The position numbers were made by a program, and so were the translations under genes. DNA of 64,000 nucleotides from Nageia nagi (Eukaryota; Plantae; Pinophyta), in assembly GCA_050084985.1 (NCBI GenBank), contig JBITNC010000002.1, positions 17,360,001-17,424,000 of the forward strand. The letters run 5' to 3'. Every line of letters begins with the position of its first letter. Positions within the stretch are counted from its first letter, which is position 1. A model generated the notes under the pieces. The model was not told the origin of the DNA, did not search any database, and worked only from the letters and a program-made list of their open reading frames with translations. Below are positions 11,750-23,289 of this stretch, in pieces.

Positions 11750-14700
11750 GATGGTGGTTAGGGTAGCTCCAAAGAAAAGTTAAAGGTTGTAACGATGCAA
11801 GCATCCTACTCCTAAAAACCTATATCATGCTTTTATGTATAGTAACTTGGGAAAATGACCCCACTCATCATGTGGTATGGATCATGCTATAAGTAGGTGA
11901 AATATCTTTCAACATAATTAATATTTATGCCTCAAAAAAGGATTTGGATAGATGCACTTTATGGAAATGATATGCATTTTCCTTGTCACCAATTGTTTAG
12001 ATTATGTTTGGGAATTTCAACATGATTGAAAAGGTATTTGATAAAAAAAACTCCACTCCCAATAAGTGGTCCACTAGGGAGATACAAGTGTGGTTTTTGA
12101 TGAAGAACAAGCTTAAGTTGTCAGATCCTAACTCATGTTTTCTAGCATACCACTTTTTAAAACATATGTGGTACATGTGGTTTGATTTCTAAGTTGGCCA
12201 TAGAAAGGTGCTCAAATGACTCGAAAAGTAATGCTTATTGATAATCAAGAAGTTTCCCCCCCTATCAAGAGTCTTCTGGCCCATATGTCAAGACAATCCT
12301 AAGTTTTATTTCCTCTGATCATTCACCCAACATGTTTATTACCTCCCACAAAGATATTACAAAATTTAATTATTTATAAATACTTCTTTTCTTTTGCAGT
12401 ATGCCATGGTTTTTCATATCTAATGAGTTTGGAACTTGGTTCCTAGATAGATGAGAGCCTCATGATGGATTGAGTGGTGGAATGATGCCATATTTCATAT
12501 AACTACATTACTTCGTAGTTTAGGAAAAACTGTTGCTCAATTTCATTTCCAATATGCCTCCTCTATGAGAGATAAGGTAGGTAATTCCTCTATACATTTG
12601 GAGTCCAATCCCTTCAATCACCACTTGCAATCCCATATAGCTCATATAAAACATAAGCTCAAGCTAGTAGAACTATATGAAGCTAAAGGAGCTCAGATAA
12701 AATCTCATCTACATTAGCTAAAGATTGATGATAAGATCACCAAATATGTTTTTTAAATACTTCATCCACAAAGGCTAGCTACTCAATTCAAAGAAATTGT
12801 AGATGATGAAGTTCAAATCACCTCTCTATCTGAGATTGCTTCATCTTTCTCCATCCATTATACATAAGTCTTTTTATCTCAACCATACACTCTTGACAAA
12901 ATTCAAGCTCTTCAACTTTGTAAAAATGTTTTTCCTTCATGAATTTCTCCATATAAAATAGTAAGAGTGTGACAAACTCCTTTATCTTAAAGATCTAGAT
13001 GAAGTACTCTCTAAAATGTTAGATGGTAAGAACCCTTACCTAAATGTATTTCCCTATTAATTTTACAAAATGTGCTAAGATTTTTTTGGCTTTGACTTGT
13101 ATAAAGTCTATATTGAAGGCTTGAATACAGGTTCCCTTGGTTTGATCATAAATAAGGGTAATGTCAAGTTCATTCCCAAATAATGGTACCCTAAGCTTAT
13201 CACCAATTATTGACCTATTACCTTACTAAATGTAAGCTACAAAATTATTTCTAAGGCTCTTTCCCTTAAACTTCATTCTCTTCTTCCTCTTATTATTCAC
13301 CTAAAACAAAATGGGTTCATTTAGAATAGGTTTATATTAGACAATGCCATTGTAGTTTGGGAAGACATGAAATGGACTTAGATATTAAATCAAAAAACCC
13401 TCTTCCTTAAATTGATCTTTAAAATGTCTTATGATTGCATCGAATGGACTTTCATCCTATATATATTAGAAGATATTTGATTTGTAACTCAATTTCTAGA
13501 TGTTATTCAAGGATGCATATGTATTGCTTTCTCTAAATATTTTTCAAACAAAAACAAATAGACTTCATCAATATATTCGACAAGGATGACCTTTGGAAAT
13601 TTTTCTCAATGTTTAGTAGTATAAGTGTTTGGATACCTACTTGCTTGACATTCTTCTAAGGGTAGACTCAAAGGTATCTCTCTACTAGATAATTAAGGCC
13701 AACTTATCAATGGCCACTTTGAAGATGACTCTTTCGTCACTTCAAAGAAGTATGAGCAATATGTATATGAAGCTCTTAATTTCCTAGATATTTTTTGTAA
13801 AGCCTCAAATTTAAATGGAGGAAAACATTTTGTTAGAGGAAATCTCCACTATCCATTCCCCCTATCTTCTAAAATTCCCATGGAATTGGATACTTCTAGG
13901 GAAAGTTCTCAAAATTTTAGGAATTATATTTACATTACAGGGCTCACCTTTACAACTATGGTGCTATATGATCAATATGGTGGAGAAAAATTAGACCATT
14001 GGAATTCTTAAAAACTCTTCTTCGCTAGAAAATTCCATATTTATTCTAAAATCCTTGCTTCCATTGCATACTATTCCTCATGTTGGGTTCCTTCTCAAGT
14101 ATGCTACGATAAACTGGAAAAGCTTTTAAGAGATTTATTACGGAAAAATAATGCAAATAAAAATGATTTTCATAGAGTAATGAGGAGTACCTATTTCCTT
14201 CCCAAAGAATCTGGCAGCATGGGGCTCCTAGATTGTAAGCAACAAAGTGTTTATCTTTATGCCAATGGATTTTAAGAGCTCTTAAAGGTACAAAATCATA
14301 GAATATTCTCATTTTCCATTTCATTTCTTTTGTCCTTCCTCTCAATTGAAAGGCATGGAAGGGTATGGATTTCCTCATTTTGATTATTTCAATAGTTTTC
14401 ATTGAAATTCTAGGCTCATTTGTTATTAGGATTATTTACAAATCTTGGAAACAACTTATCCCCTAGATCAAATGGAAAGGTGAAAGTTTTCATATGAGTT
14501 TTTCAATTAACAAAATCAACATATGGTGGTCCTCTCTCTTTCATTTTATGGCTCACCTCTAGCGCAAATTCAATGGATACATACCATAAATCATTTTAAG
14601 AGAGGTATTTCCATAATTACAATTTTTTTCTCTTAACATACCTTAGACTAAATTCCTTGGGAGGAGTTCAAACACAGTTTTTCTAACTACTATGAATAAA

Positions 14701-15195
14701 GCTACCTATGATACCATTATTGAACTCGCACCTTTATCCATGCTACATAAGATAAGTGTTTATTTTCAAAATCTATCATGGAAATATTGGGGTTGATATG
14801 TGAACATCCCTCTTCTCAATTATAAAGCTTATTTGGATTATGCTCATCTCTTACCAATGTCACCCACAGCCCCTAAACTGAAAGAAAATTAGGACCTTAT
14901 TTTTGGACATTCATGATGGAAGTTTTATTTTTCTTCAACCTAATATTCCTATCTCGATCCTAAAAAATCATTTGTTTTCTTAGATACTATTAAACTAGGG
15001 GCTTCTACTTTATTCTTTCCTGCAACATTTACATATCCCTGACCTAAGGTGCCCTTTCTGTAATGATCCAGAATCATGTATGCACATATTCTAGTCTTGT
15101 AAATATTCCAAAATAGATTGGTAATGGATAACTTCTTTTTTTGCTCCATACATGCTGACTCATTCTTCATGGAAGCATTCTTTATTAAGTGATAC
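11750..15195 (+). mobile_element. LINE (L1-like) ORF2 pseudogene, 5' part (endonuclease, RT, zf-RVT)
   Basis: Motifs seen: INIYA, GNFNMIE, SDHSP (EN); PITLLNVSYKIISKAL, RQG*PL, GHFEDDS (RT); CPFCNDPESCMHIF*SC zinc finger at ~15050-15100. Many stops. 10700-11750 may be a decayed ORF1. Confidence 0.88.
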
Positions 15196-15529
15196 CATTA
15201 GATCAAAAAAGGGTTTTGGGGGCAAGCGATTTGATGTGGTTTTTTTAGATGATTTTTGATCTCCTTAATATTAAGTTTTAGTGGTGGTTTTTATTGGAAA
15301 ATTTAGAATCACCCCCAAAAATTATAATGAGGCAAAGTAAAACCATCCCTTAATAAAACCAAAAATTCTTAAGAGGGCACTTAGAATATTTTAACCATTT
15401 TGAGTTTGTTGGTTGAGGCGTTACAGGAGAGAAAGGGGTCTTTGTAAGGTGAGATGAGCAAAGATGAGGTGATACGACAAGGTGAGAGGAGGTGAGATGA
15501 TGAGATGAGAATTCTTCCCCATATTTTAG

Positions 15530-15934
15530 ACAACACATTTTATGTATAGCTTGCAATCATTGCATACCATGAAACTATGTTTATGTCATGCATCTTGTCA
15601 AACAATTCTTGAGTCTTATGTATTCTTCCATATTTTTCATATTTATGGACCTTTTTCAAAAAATCCATTTTGTGTGTATTCAAGGTTTATGGGTATTTTT
15701 CCATTGAAATTCAAAGCTCCCTTAAGATAGCATGCATGAACCATAACATTCGATTTAGAAGCACCAAGTAAACACATCCACACACCCAATTCAAGGTTTA
15801 TGGGTATTTTGGCAGTGAAATTCAAAGCTCCCCCAAGATAGACTACACAAACCATAACATTATATTTAGAAGTACCAAGAATACACATTCACATAGTCAA
15901 TTCATGGTTTATGTGTATTTTGGCATTGAAGTTT
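15530..15934 (-). repeat. PPR fragment plus start of the 111-bp PPR-derived tandem array
   Basis: ORF 15643-15888 reads YLGGALNFTAKIPINLELGVWMCLLGASKSNV...YTQNGFFEK. The aagatag anchor sits at 15724 and 15835. Confidence 0.88.
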
Positions 15935-17342
15935 TGTAATGTCCCCATTTTTATGGTGTTTTCTCCATTTCACCTCTAATAAATGGGAATATTAGATTAG
16001 GAGTATTTTTAATTAATTTTGGTAATTTAGTAGAATTTATGCCCAATTATTGTAAGTTCACTTGGAGAATAATTAATTACTCCAATTATGGGATGTTGGG
16101 GCCTATTTTAGTATTTTAAGAATTATTTTATATTTTAATGCTAATAATTATGTAATTAAAAATATCAAGGCAATTATTTATTATAAATACAATATTAGTT
16201 ACCATTAATGGGATGTTGCATATATTTAGCCTTGATAAATGTAATATTGATATTAATGGGCCTCTTTTGTAATAATTTATCCCCTTTCAAGGTAAAGCAT
16301 GATACCAAGAAATTTTACCTACTACGAGGCATAGGAAGACTCCACACTTGGATGTTGGGATTGAGTAGGAAGATTGAACCATTAAGATGTGAAATTGGGC
16401 ATCCCAAGATACCCACATATCCCTTGGAAGATCTTAGACTAAAGTTGGTGATATCTAGGTGTATGGAAGACTCCCATAACCCAACGTTAGCATTCCTAAA
16501 CTTTGGATGTGATCACTCCCATATCGAGGCATCTTGATCTTGGATGTGGGATGTGAGAGCAAACATATCATCCTTGGATACCATTGGATGAGATCACATC
16601 AATCCCAATGCATGATTAGAAGAGCTACCTCATCTATATAAGTAGGATTCCTAAAATACCAAAGGCATGCGATTATTATTAATTCTTCTCTTCTTGGTTG
16701 GTGAGCTTGTCTTTTCTATAATTCCACTTCTTCAAAGTGAGGTACCTATAGTGGGTTGTAGTAGAAGACTTACATGGGCACACACTTGGGGGTTGGTGCA
16801 ACCAAAGTTGTCAGCTAGCTATCCAAGGATGTTGGCACTATCCTATATTATTATAACACTATCAATGGATCTTTAAGATCCCACCATAGCTACTTACCAA
16901 GGAATCCTTGGTACACTATTTGTCACACTATGGATACTAATCCCTAGAGCATCAGTCCCTAGGAATAATATTGTAATTGATATTCATCACCATTTTTGTA
17001 TTTGAATACAATTACATTATTTTGCTATTATCTTATCATTTATATCCTTATGCTTGGATGTTGGATCTGGTAAGGGTTTTGCATTCCTATTTCATAAGTT
17101 GGCTTCCTTAGGCCCTAAGTTGGGTATTTATGAGTATTTGATAAGTGTTTGCTTCATTCCTACCAATAATAGCTAGATATTGGATTACTTACTTAATTTT
17201 ATATATTATTGGTGAGATTTGGATATGTGAAGGCTAATGTCGCTCTCTTAAAGCATGTTTAGTTGCTTTTCATATCTCTTGCATTTTGAACTTAAGGGAT
17301 TTAGGAAAAAATCCATAGTGAGCCCAAGTTAGGCTCATCATA
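15935..17342 (+). repeat. 5' LTR of element B
   Basis: Runs TGTAATGTCC...CTCATCATA (terminal CA mutated to TA) and is followed by the PBS. Confidence 0.93.
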
Positions 17343-20336
17343 GTGGTATTAGATCCATGATCTTGCCATCATGATGGTTAAGAAGGGAAAAGGAGAATTT
17401 GAAGATCTTTGATACCAACTCATAATGGTATTAGAGCCAAAATCTTACCATCTTATCGGGTTAAATCTTGGAGGAATTTTTCAACTATTGAAAGGAGAAT
17501 TCTAAAGAAGTTGGAAGGAGATCTCTCCATCTTGTTGGAGAGTAACTACTGAGTAATATCTTATCATACTGCAAGAAGATCTAAGGAGTGATATATCATA
17601 GTGGTATTTACCTAAGATCATAGTGATGTCAAAGAATTAAGGAGGTTTGATATGAGATTTGAAGGAGAAGAGAGCTCTTTGAAGCTTGGATCTAGCTCAT
17701 TTGGACACTAGAGAGTTGACATTGAGGTTGTAGCATCATTTATACTAGATTTGGATACTAGGAGACTTACATTGGATATCTAGGAGGTAGATATCACCTT
17801 TTGGTATTTCAATGGACCTAATTTGACTACATTTTCGAGTTTGAAGGCTTTAAGGAGGATCATCTAGCTTGGAAAGAGGTAATTTTCAAAAAATTTCTTA
17901 ATTATCATCAAGTTTGAGGTTTATTTCTACATTGAAGGCCTAGATTTGGGTTTATTTGGACATTATGAGGCTAATGTGGGGGATTTGATCAGATCTAGTA
18001 TTTCATGCCATTTGTGTATGAACGTTAAGCTTGGAGGAGGCACATATTTAGTCAGAGTTGATTTTTAGGCCCATAACCCATAGGTTTGATTAATTTATCA
18101 CCTAAATCAAATCATACACCATGCAAGGAATTAAATATTAGGTTTGAACTATTTTAATAATGTAAATTTATTTGAAGCTTAAAAATATTTATGGATTTAA
18201 TTTATTTTGAGTAGGAGAAATAAGGAGGAAAATTAAAACTAAAATTTGGAATTCTTTTACTTAATTTAATTTGACAAGAAAACTAAATTAGGAGAAATAA
18301 GGAGTTTTAATTATTTAAGAAATTTTGAAATTTAGAGGGAGAGCAGATGCAAATATGAAAAGCAAATTTCAAATAATTTTGAGACACTATAAAGCTAGAT
18401 GTGAGGAGTGCTAGGAGGTCACACCATTTTTGTAAAATAAATTCCAAAATTTAGAGTTAGAGGCAATTCGTTGGGGCATTGAGAAGTTGGAAGATTATTG
18501 TTGGGCATCTTGAGAACCTCAAAGCCATTTGTTTTGCATTTTAGAGACTAGGAGGTAGATGTGGCACATCAAAGAAGCCTGAAGTGAGTAATTGGATATT
18601 TGGGAAAACTTTTGAAGCTATCACATGCACCCTAAAATTCATTAGTAATACCAGCATAGGAATAAGAGGTAGGATGATGAAATATTAGATCAAAAGTTAG
18701 ATGCTTTTATCAATCTTATGAATCAAATGATGGCATAATTGAAACCACCTAATCGAGGCACCCTAATTGAAAGTGAGGGATCATCCAAGTAGACACCATT
18801 ACAAACCAACAAATCATTATTCACACCTAAGTGAAGTCCAAAAATGGAACTTAATGAAGCTTAAATGGAGTAAGTGCTACAAGAGTACATGGATAAGCTA
18901 GATTCCTTCAGAGAAACTGTCTCATTTCAAACCTATTGGTATGCTTTGAAAATATGGAAGCACTAGATGTATCCTAAGCATTTAGATGATAAGAGATTAA
19001 AAATGCCTTTGCCTATTTTTAATGGAGGAGAAAAGTTATCCGCTAGGGCCTGGTTACGAAAGCTACAAATTTATTTCTGATCACTCTACCCAATGGATGA
19101 AGAAGAGGAAATAATTATAATATCAATGTATCTTGATGTGATAGCTTATGAATGGTGGCATAATGGTCTCACTACACTAGACCATGGAGATGTCAAGTGA
19201 TTTAAGGATTTTAGCATAAGAATGCTAAACATATTATATAGAAGAACATTTTAAGGAGTTAGCATTGCTCAAACAAACTACCACAGTTAGGGCTTTCATA
19301 GAAGAGTTATAAAGAATTGCAGTTATTATTCCAAATATGAATGATGGGAGACTCACATACCTCTTCATAGATGGGTTACAAGAACCCATGAGATCATCAC
19401 TCAAGGCCATGGAACCTCCAACATTTGTAATACCTACTTAAAAGGTACTATTATTGGAAGGGTCTAGTAAACCTAAGGAAGTTACAACAAAACTAATGAT
19501 GATAGGTTCTCCAATAGCTATGAAAACCAAGGTACCCATAGGAGGAATACCTTCACTACTTCCCTCAAAACTTCTTAGCAAAATGGATTCTACAACATGA
19601 GAAGAACTAAGGAAGAAAAAACTTTGTTTCACCTGCTAGAATCCATGTGAAAAAGAATATCGATGTAATGGAAAGGTGCAAAATCTATATCTTAAATTCC
19701 TTGAGGTAAAGGAAGAATCTGATGATTAGTTGAATACTTGCCAACATGAGATTGATGTTAAAGATATTAGAGGAGCACTCACCTCCTTGAAGGGACCATC
19801 CCAATTAATGACAAGTGATGTGGATGGGACTATTGATAATAGCAAGGTTGTGGTCTTGATTGATGGAGGGGACACTCATAACTTTATCGATGAAGAATTC
19901 ATATGGAAGAATGGGTTCAAAACTTAGGAATTCCCAATATTTGAAGTGGTTGTTGGTAATGGAATTACTACATCAAGCAATAGGATGGTAGATAATGTTA
20001 AGGTCAAATTTGGAGAATACATTATCATTAGAGAGTTCTATATTTAACCACTTAGAGGATTACCACACTTGGTGCTAGGAGTTCAATGATTGTATATGGT
20101 TGGATAAATTACCTCCAACTATAAAACCTTAGAGATGAAATATAAGGTTAAAGCCCAAGAAGTTATACTACATGGTATTAAAGAAGGCCAAGGACTTGGT
20201 CACCAAAGGATGGAAGCCATCAAGAAGATTTACCCAGAGTTCATTGAAGATGAATACAAAGAGGATCTTGAAGACTTTATTATAGTTGGAGATGTTTTGA
20301 ATTACTTGGGGACAAGCGATTTGGGAGGGGAAAAAT

Positions 20337-21738
20337 TGTAATGTCCTCATTTTTATGGTATTTTCCCCATTTCACCTCTGATAAATGGAAACATTAGATT
20401 ATGAGTATTTTTAATTAATTTTGGTAATTTAGTAGAATTTATGCCCAATTATTGTAAGTTCCACTTGGAGAACAATTAATTACTCCAATTATGGGATGTT
20501 GGGGCCTATTTTAGTATTTTAGGAATTATTTTATATTTTAATGCCAATAATTATGTAATTAAAAATACCAAGGCAATTATTTATTGTAAAAGTAATATTA
20601 GTCATAATTAATGGGATGTTGCATACATTTAGCCTTGATAAATGTAATATTAACATTAATGGGCCTCTTTAAAATAATTTCCCCCTTTTGAGGTAAAGCA
20701 TGATACCAAGGTATTTTTACGTACTACGAGGCATTGGAAGACTCCACACCTAGATGTTGGGATTGAGGAGGAATATTGAACTATCAAGATGAAAATTTGG
20801 GCATCCCAAGATACCCATGTCTCCCTTGGAGGCTCTTATATCGAAGTTGGTGATGTCTAGGCACATGAAAGACTCCCATAATACAAAGTTAGCATTCCTA
20901 TCCCTTAGATGTGATCACTTATATCTTGAGGCATCTTGATCTTATACATGGGGTATGGGAGCACATAGATCACCCTTAGAAACCATTAGATGAGATCGCA
21001 TCAATCCCAACACGTTATTAGAAGAGCTACCTCATATATATAAGGATGATTCTTGGAATACCATAAGCATGTGATTATTATTACTTCTTCTCTTCTTGGT
21101 TGGAGCTTGTCTCTTCCAAAATTCCACTTCTTCAAAGTGAGGTACCTATAGTAGGGTGCAATACAAGATTTATGTCGACACACACTTGGGGGTTAGCATA
21201 ATCCAAGTTTTCAGATAGCTATCCAAGGATGTTAGCATTACCTTGGATTATTGTAACATTTTCAATGGATCTCTAATATCCCACCATAACTATTGATGAA
21301 GGAAGCACTAGTGCATGCTTCACCACATTAGGAATCCTAAGCCTTGGAGCATCAATCCCTCACAACAATATTATAATTAAGGTTCACCACCATTTATGTA
21401 TTTAAATATAATTATATTATTTTACTATTATCTTTTCATTTGGCTCTTTATGATTGGATGCTAGATCTAAGAAGGGTATATTTTGTATTGATATTTTAGG
21501 CTTTCTTAGGCCCTACATTGGGTATTTGTATGTAGTTGATAAGTGTTTGCTTCATTCCTGATAATAATAGCTATACATAGGGTTACTTGCTTGATTTTGT
21601 GTATTATTGGTGAGATCTAAAGTTGTGAAGGCCAATGTCCCTCTCTTAGGGTGTGTTTGGTGGATTTGCATGTCTCTTACATTCCATACTTTAGGGATTT
21701 GGGAAAATCCCTAATGATCCCAAGTTAGGCTCATCACA
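20337..21738 (+). repeat. 3' LTR of element B
   Basis: Runs TGTAATGTCC...CTCATCACA, preceded by the PPT and followed by the TSD. Confidence 0.93.
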
Positions 21739-21743
21739 AGTTT

Positions 21744-22260
21744 AAAGCTCCCTTAAGATAGCCTACATGAATCACAAAATTTGATTTAGAAGCATCAAGT
21801 ACACACATCCACACACCTAATTTAGGATTTATGGGTATTTTAGAAGTGAAGTTTAAATATCCCTCAAGATAGCCTATATTAACCACAACATTCGATTTAG
21901 AAGAACCAAGTAGACACATCCACATTCCCAATTTATAATTTATGGGTATTTTGGTAATGAATCTCAAAGCTCCCTCAAGATAGCCTATACAAACCATAAC
22001 ATTTAATTTAGAAGCACCAAGTACATAATCCACATACCCAATTTAGGGTTTATGGGTATTTTGGTAGTGAAGTTCAAAGCTCCCTCAAGATAGCCAACAC
22101 CAACCACAACACTTGATTTAAAAGCACCAAGTAGACACATCCACATACCCAATTTAGGGTTTATGGGTATTATGGTAGTGAAGTTAAAAGCTCCCTTAAG
22201 ATAGCCTCTATGAACCAAACATTCAATTTACAAGCACCAAGTAAACATATCCACACACCA
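21744..22260 (-). repeat. 111-bp (37-codon) PPR-derived tandem array, continuation (~4.7 units)
   Basis: Anchor aagatagcc at 21755, 21866, 21977, 22087 and 22198. The unit translates GYLEGALNFTTKIPINPKLGMWMCLLGASKSNVVV.., resembling the PLS S2/E1 region (AGYLEEALNFI.KMPIKP...VWMCLLGAC). Confidence 0.92.
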
Positions 22261-23289
22261 TGTTACATTATTTTCATCTCATCATTCTATTTATACAACA
22301 TGACATCCACTTGGGAGCAATATGTTTTTTTTGTATTTGGCTAATTATTATAGGCATATTTTTGAATACTTAGATTAGAGATTCAAGGCATCCTTTTTGT
22401 AGCCATTAATTGCATATCCTCCAATCATTGTAGTCTAAAAGAATGTTGAATCAAAAATAAGTTTTACCTTATCTATGATGTGATTAGGTATCAGTGAGGG
22501 ATCAAAGAAGATATTTAATGGTGAGATAACATTTTACGAAATACTAGATTATAGTAAGTTTTTATAATAATCGTACGTAGAGTGATTCAAAGTGAGTATT
22601 TCCTCTAGGACATACCTATTTTGATTCACCCAATGTCTGGTTATTGTTAGAAATTATTGCAAATATCATTTTGTATAAGCATTAAAAATTATGAGATATC
22701 AAGTGTTGGATTCCTTCCAAGTATATATTTACTTTTTATATATGTGTATTTATTTATATTTTACTTATGTATTTCTTACCTCTTCTAGGATATATCTCAT
22801 ATCCTTCACCTCTTAAGATTCATTGGCATAATTTCTTATTTCAAGCTCACGTCGTTTCTTGTTTCAAGAATGTTCAAGAATTACATAATTATTCTCTACA
22901 ATACTTCTACAACATGTCACAATTTATGGTCTACAATATTGCTCAAATGATAAAGATTTAAATATGTTCCACATTTCTTTATTTGGCAAAGTATAACAAG
23001 CCAAGTATTTTTGATACTTAGGAAATTTATGGATTGAAAATTGCTTTCCTTCTTTAAGCCAATTTTTGGATCATATAATGTATTTAAATCATTTCATATC
23101 ATATGTCATACTTTATTTGTAAATAAGTTCTAATACATACTAGGAAATGATGGAACCCACAACATGTTCCATTATTTTTATCTCATCATTCTATATACAA
23201 TATAACATCCACATGGGAACTACAATTTTTTTGTGTTTGGCTAAGTATTACAAGCATGTTTTGCCAACTTTACACTTTTGGAATGGTTT

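Larger units (their letters stand above)
15935..21738 (+). mobile_element. Non-autonomous Ty3/gypsy LTR retrotransposon B (gag + protease only, degenerate)
   Basis: LTRs at 15935-17342 and 20337-21738 (6 mismatches in the first 61 nt). TSD AGTTT at 15930-15934 and 21739-21743. PBS tggtattagatcc at 17344 and PPT gggaggggaaaaa at 20323-20335. Gag ARAWLRKLQIYF, AYEWW and LFIDGL at ~19000-19700; protease VLIDGGDTHNFI at ~19850. Confidence 0.94.

Noticed and set aside
21744-22260. Regularly spaced repeats as a CRISPR-like array
   Set aside because: The units are contiguous full-length 111-bp tandem copies with no unique spacers, in a eukaryotic context with no cas genes.
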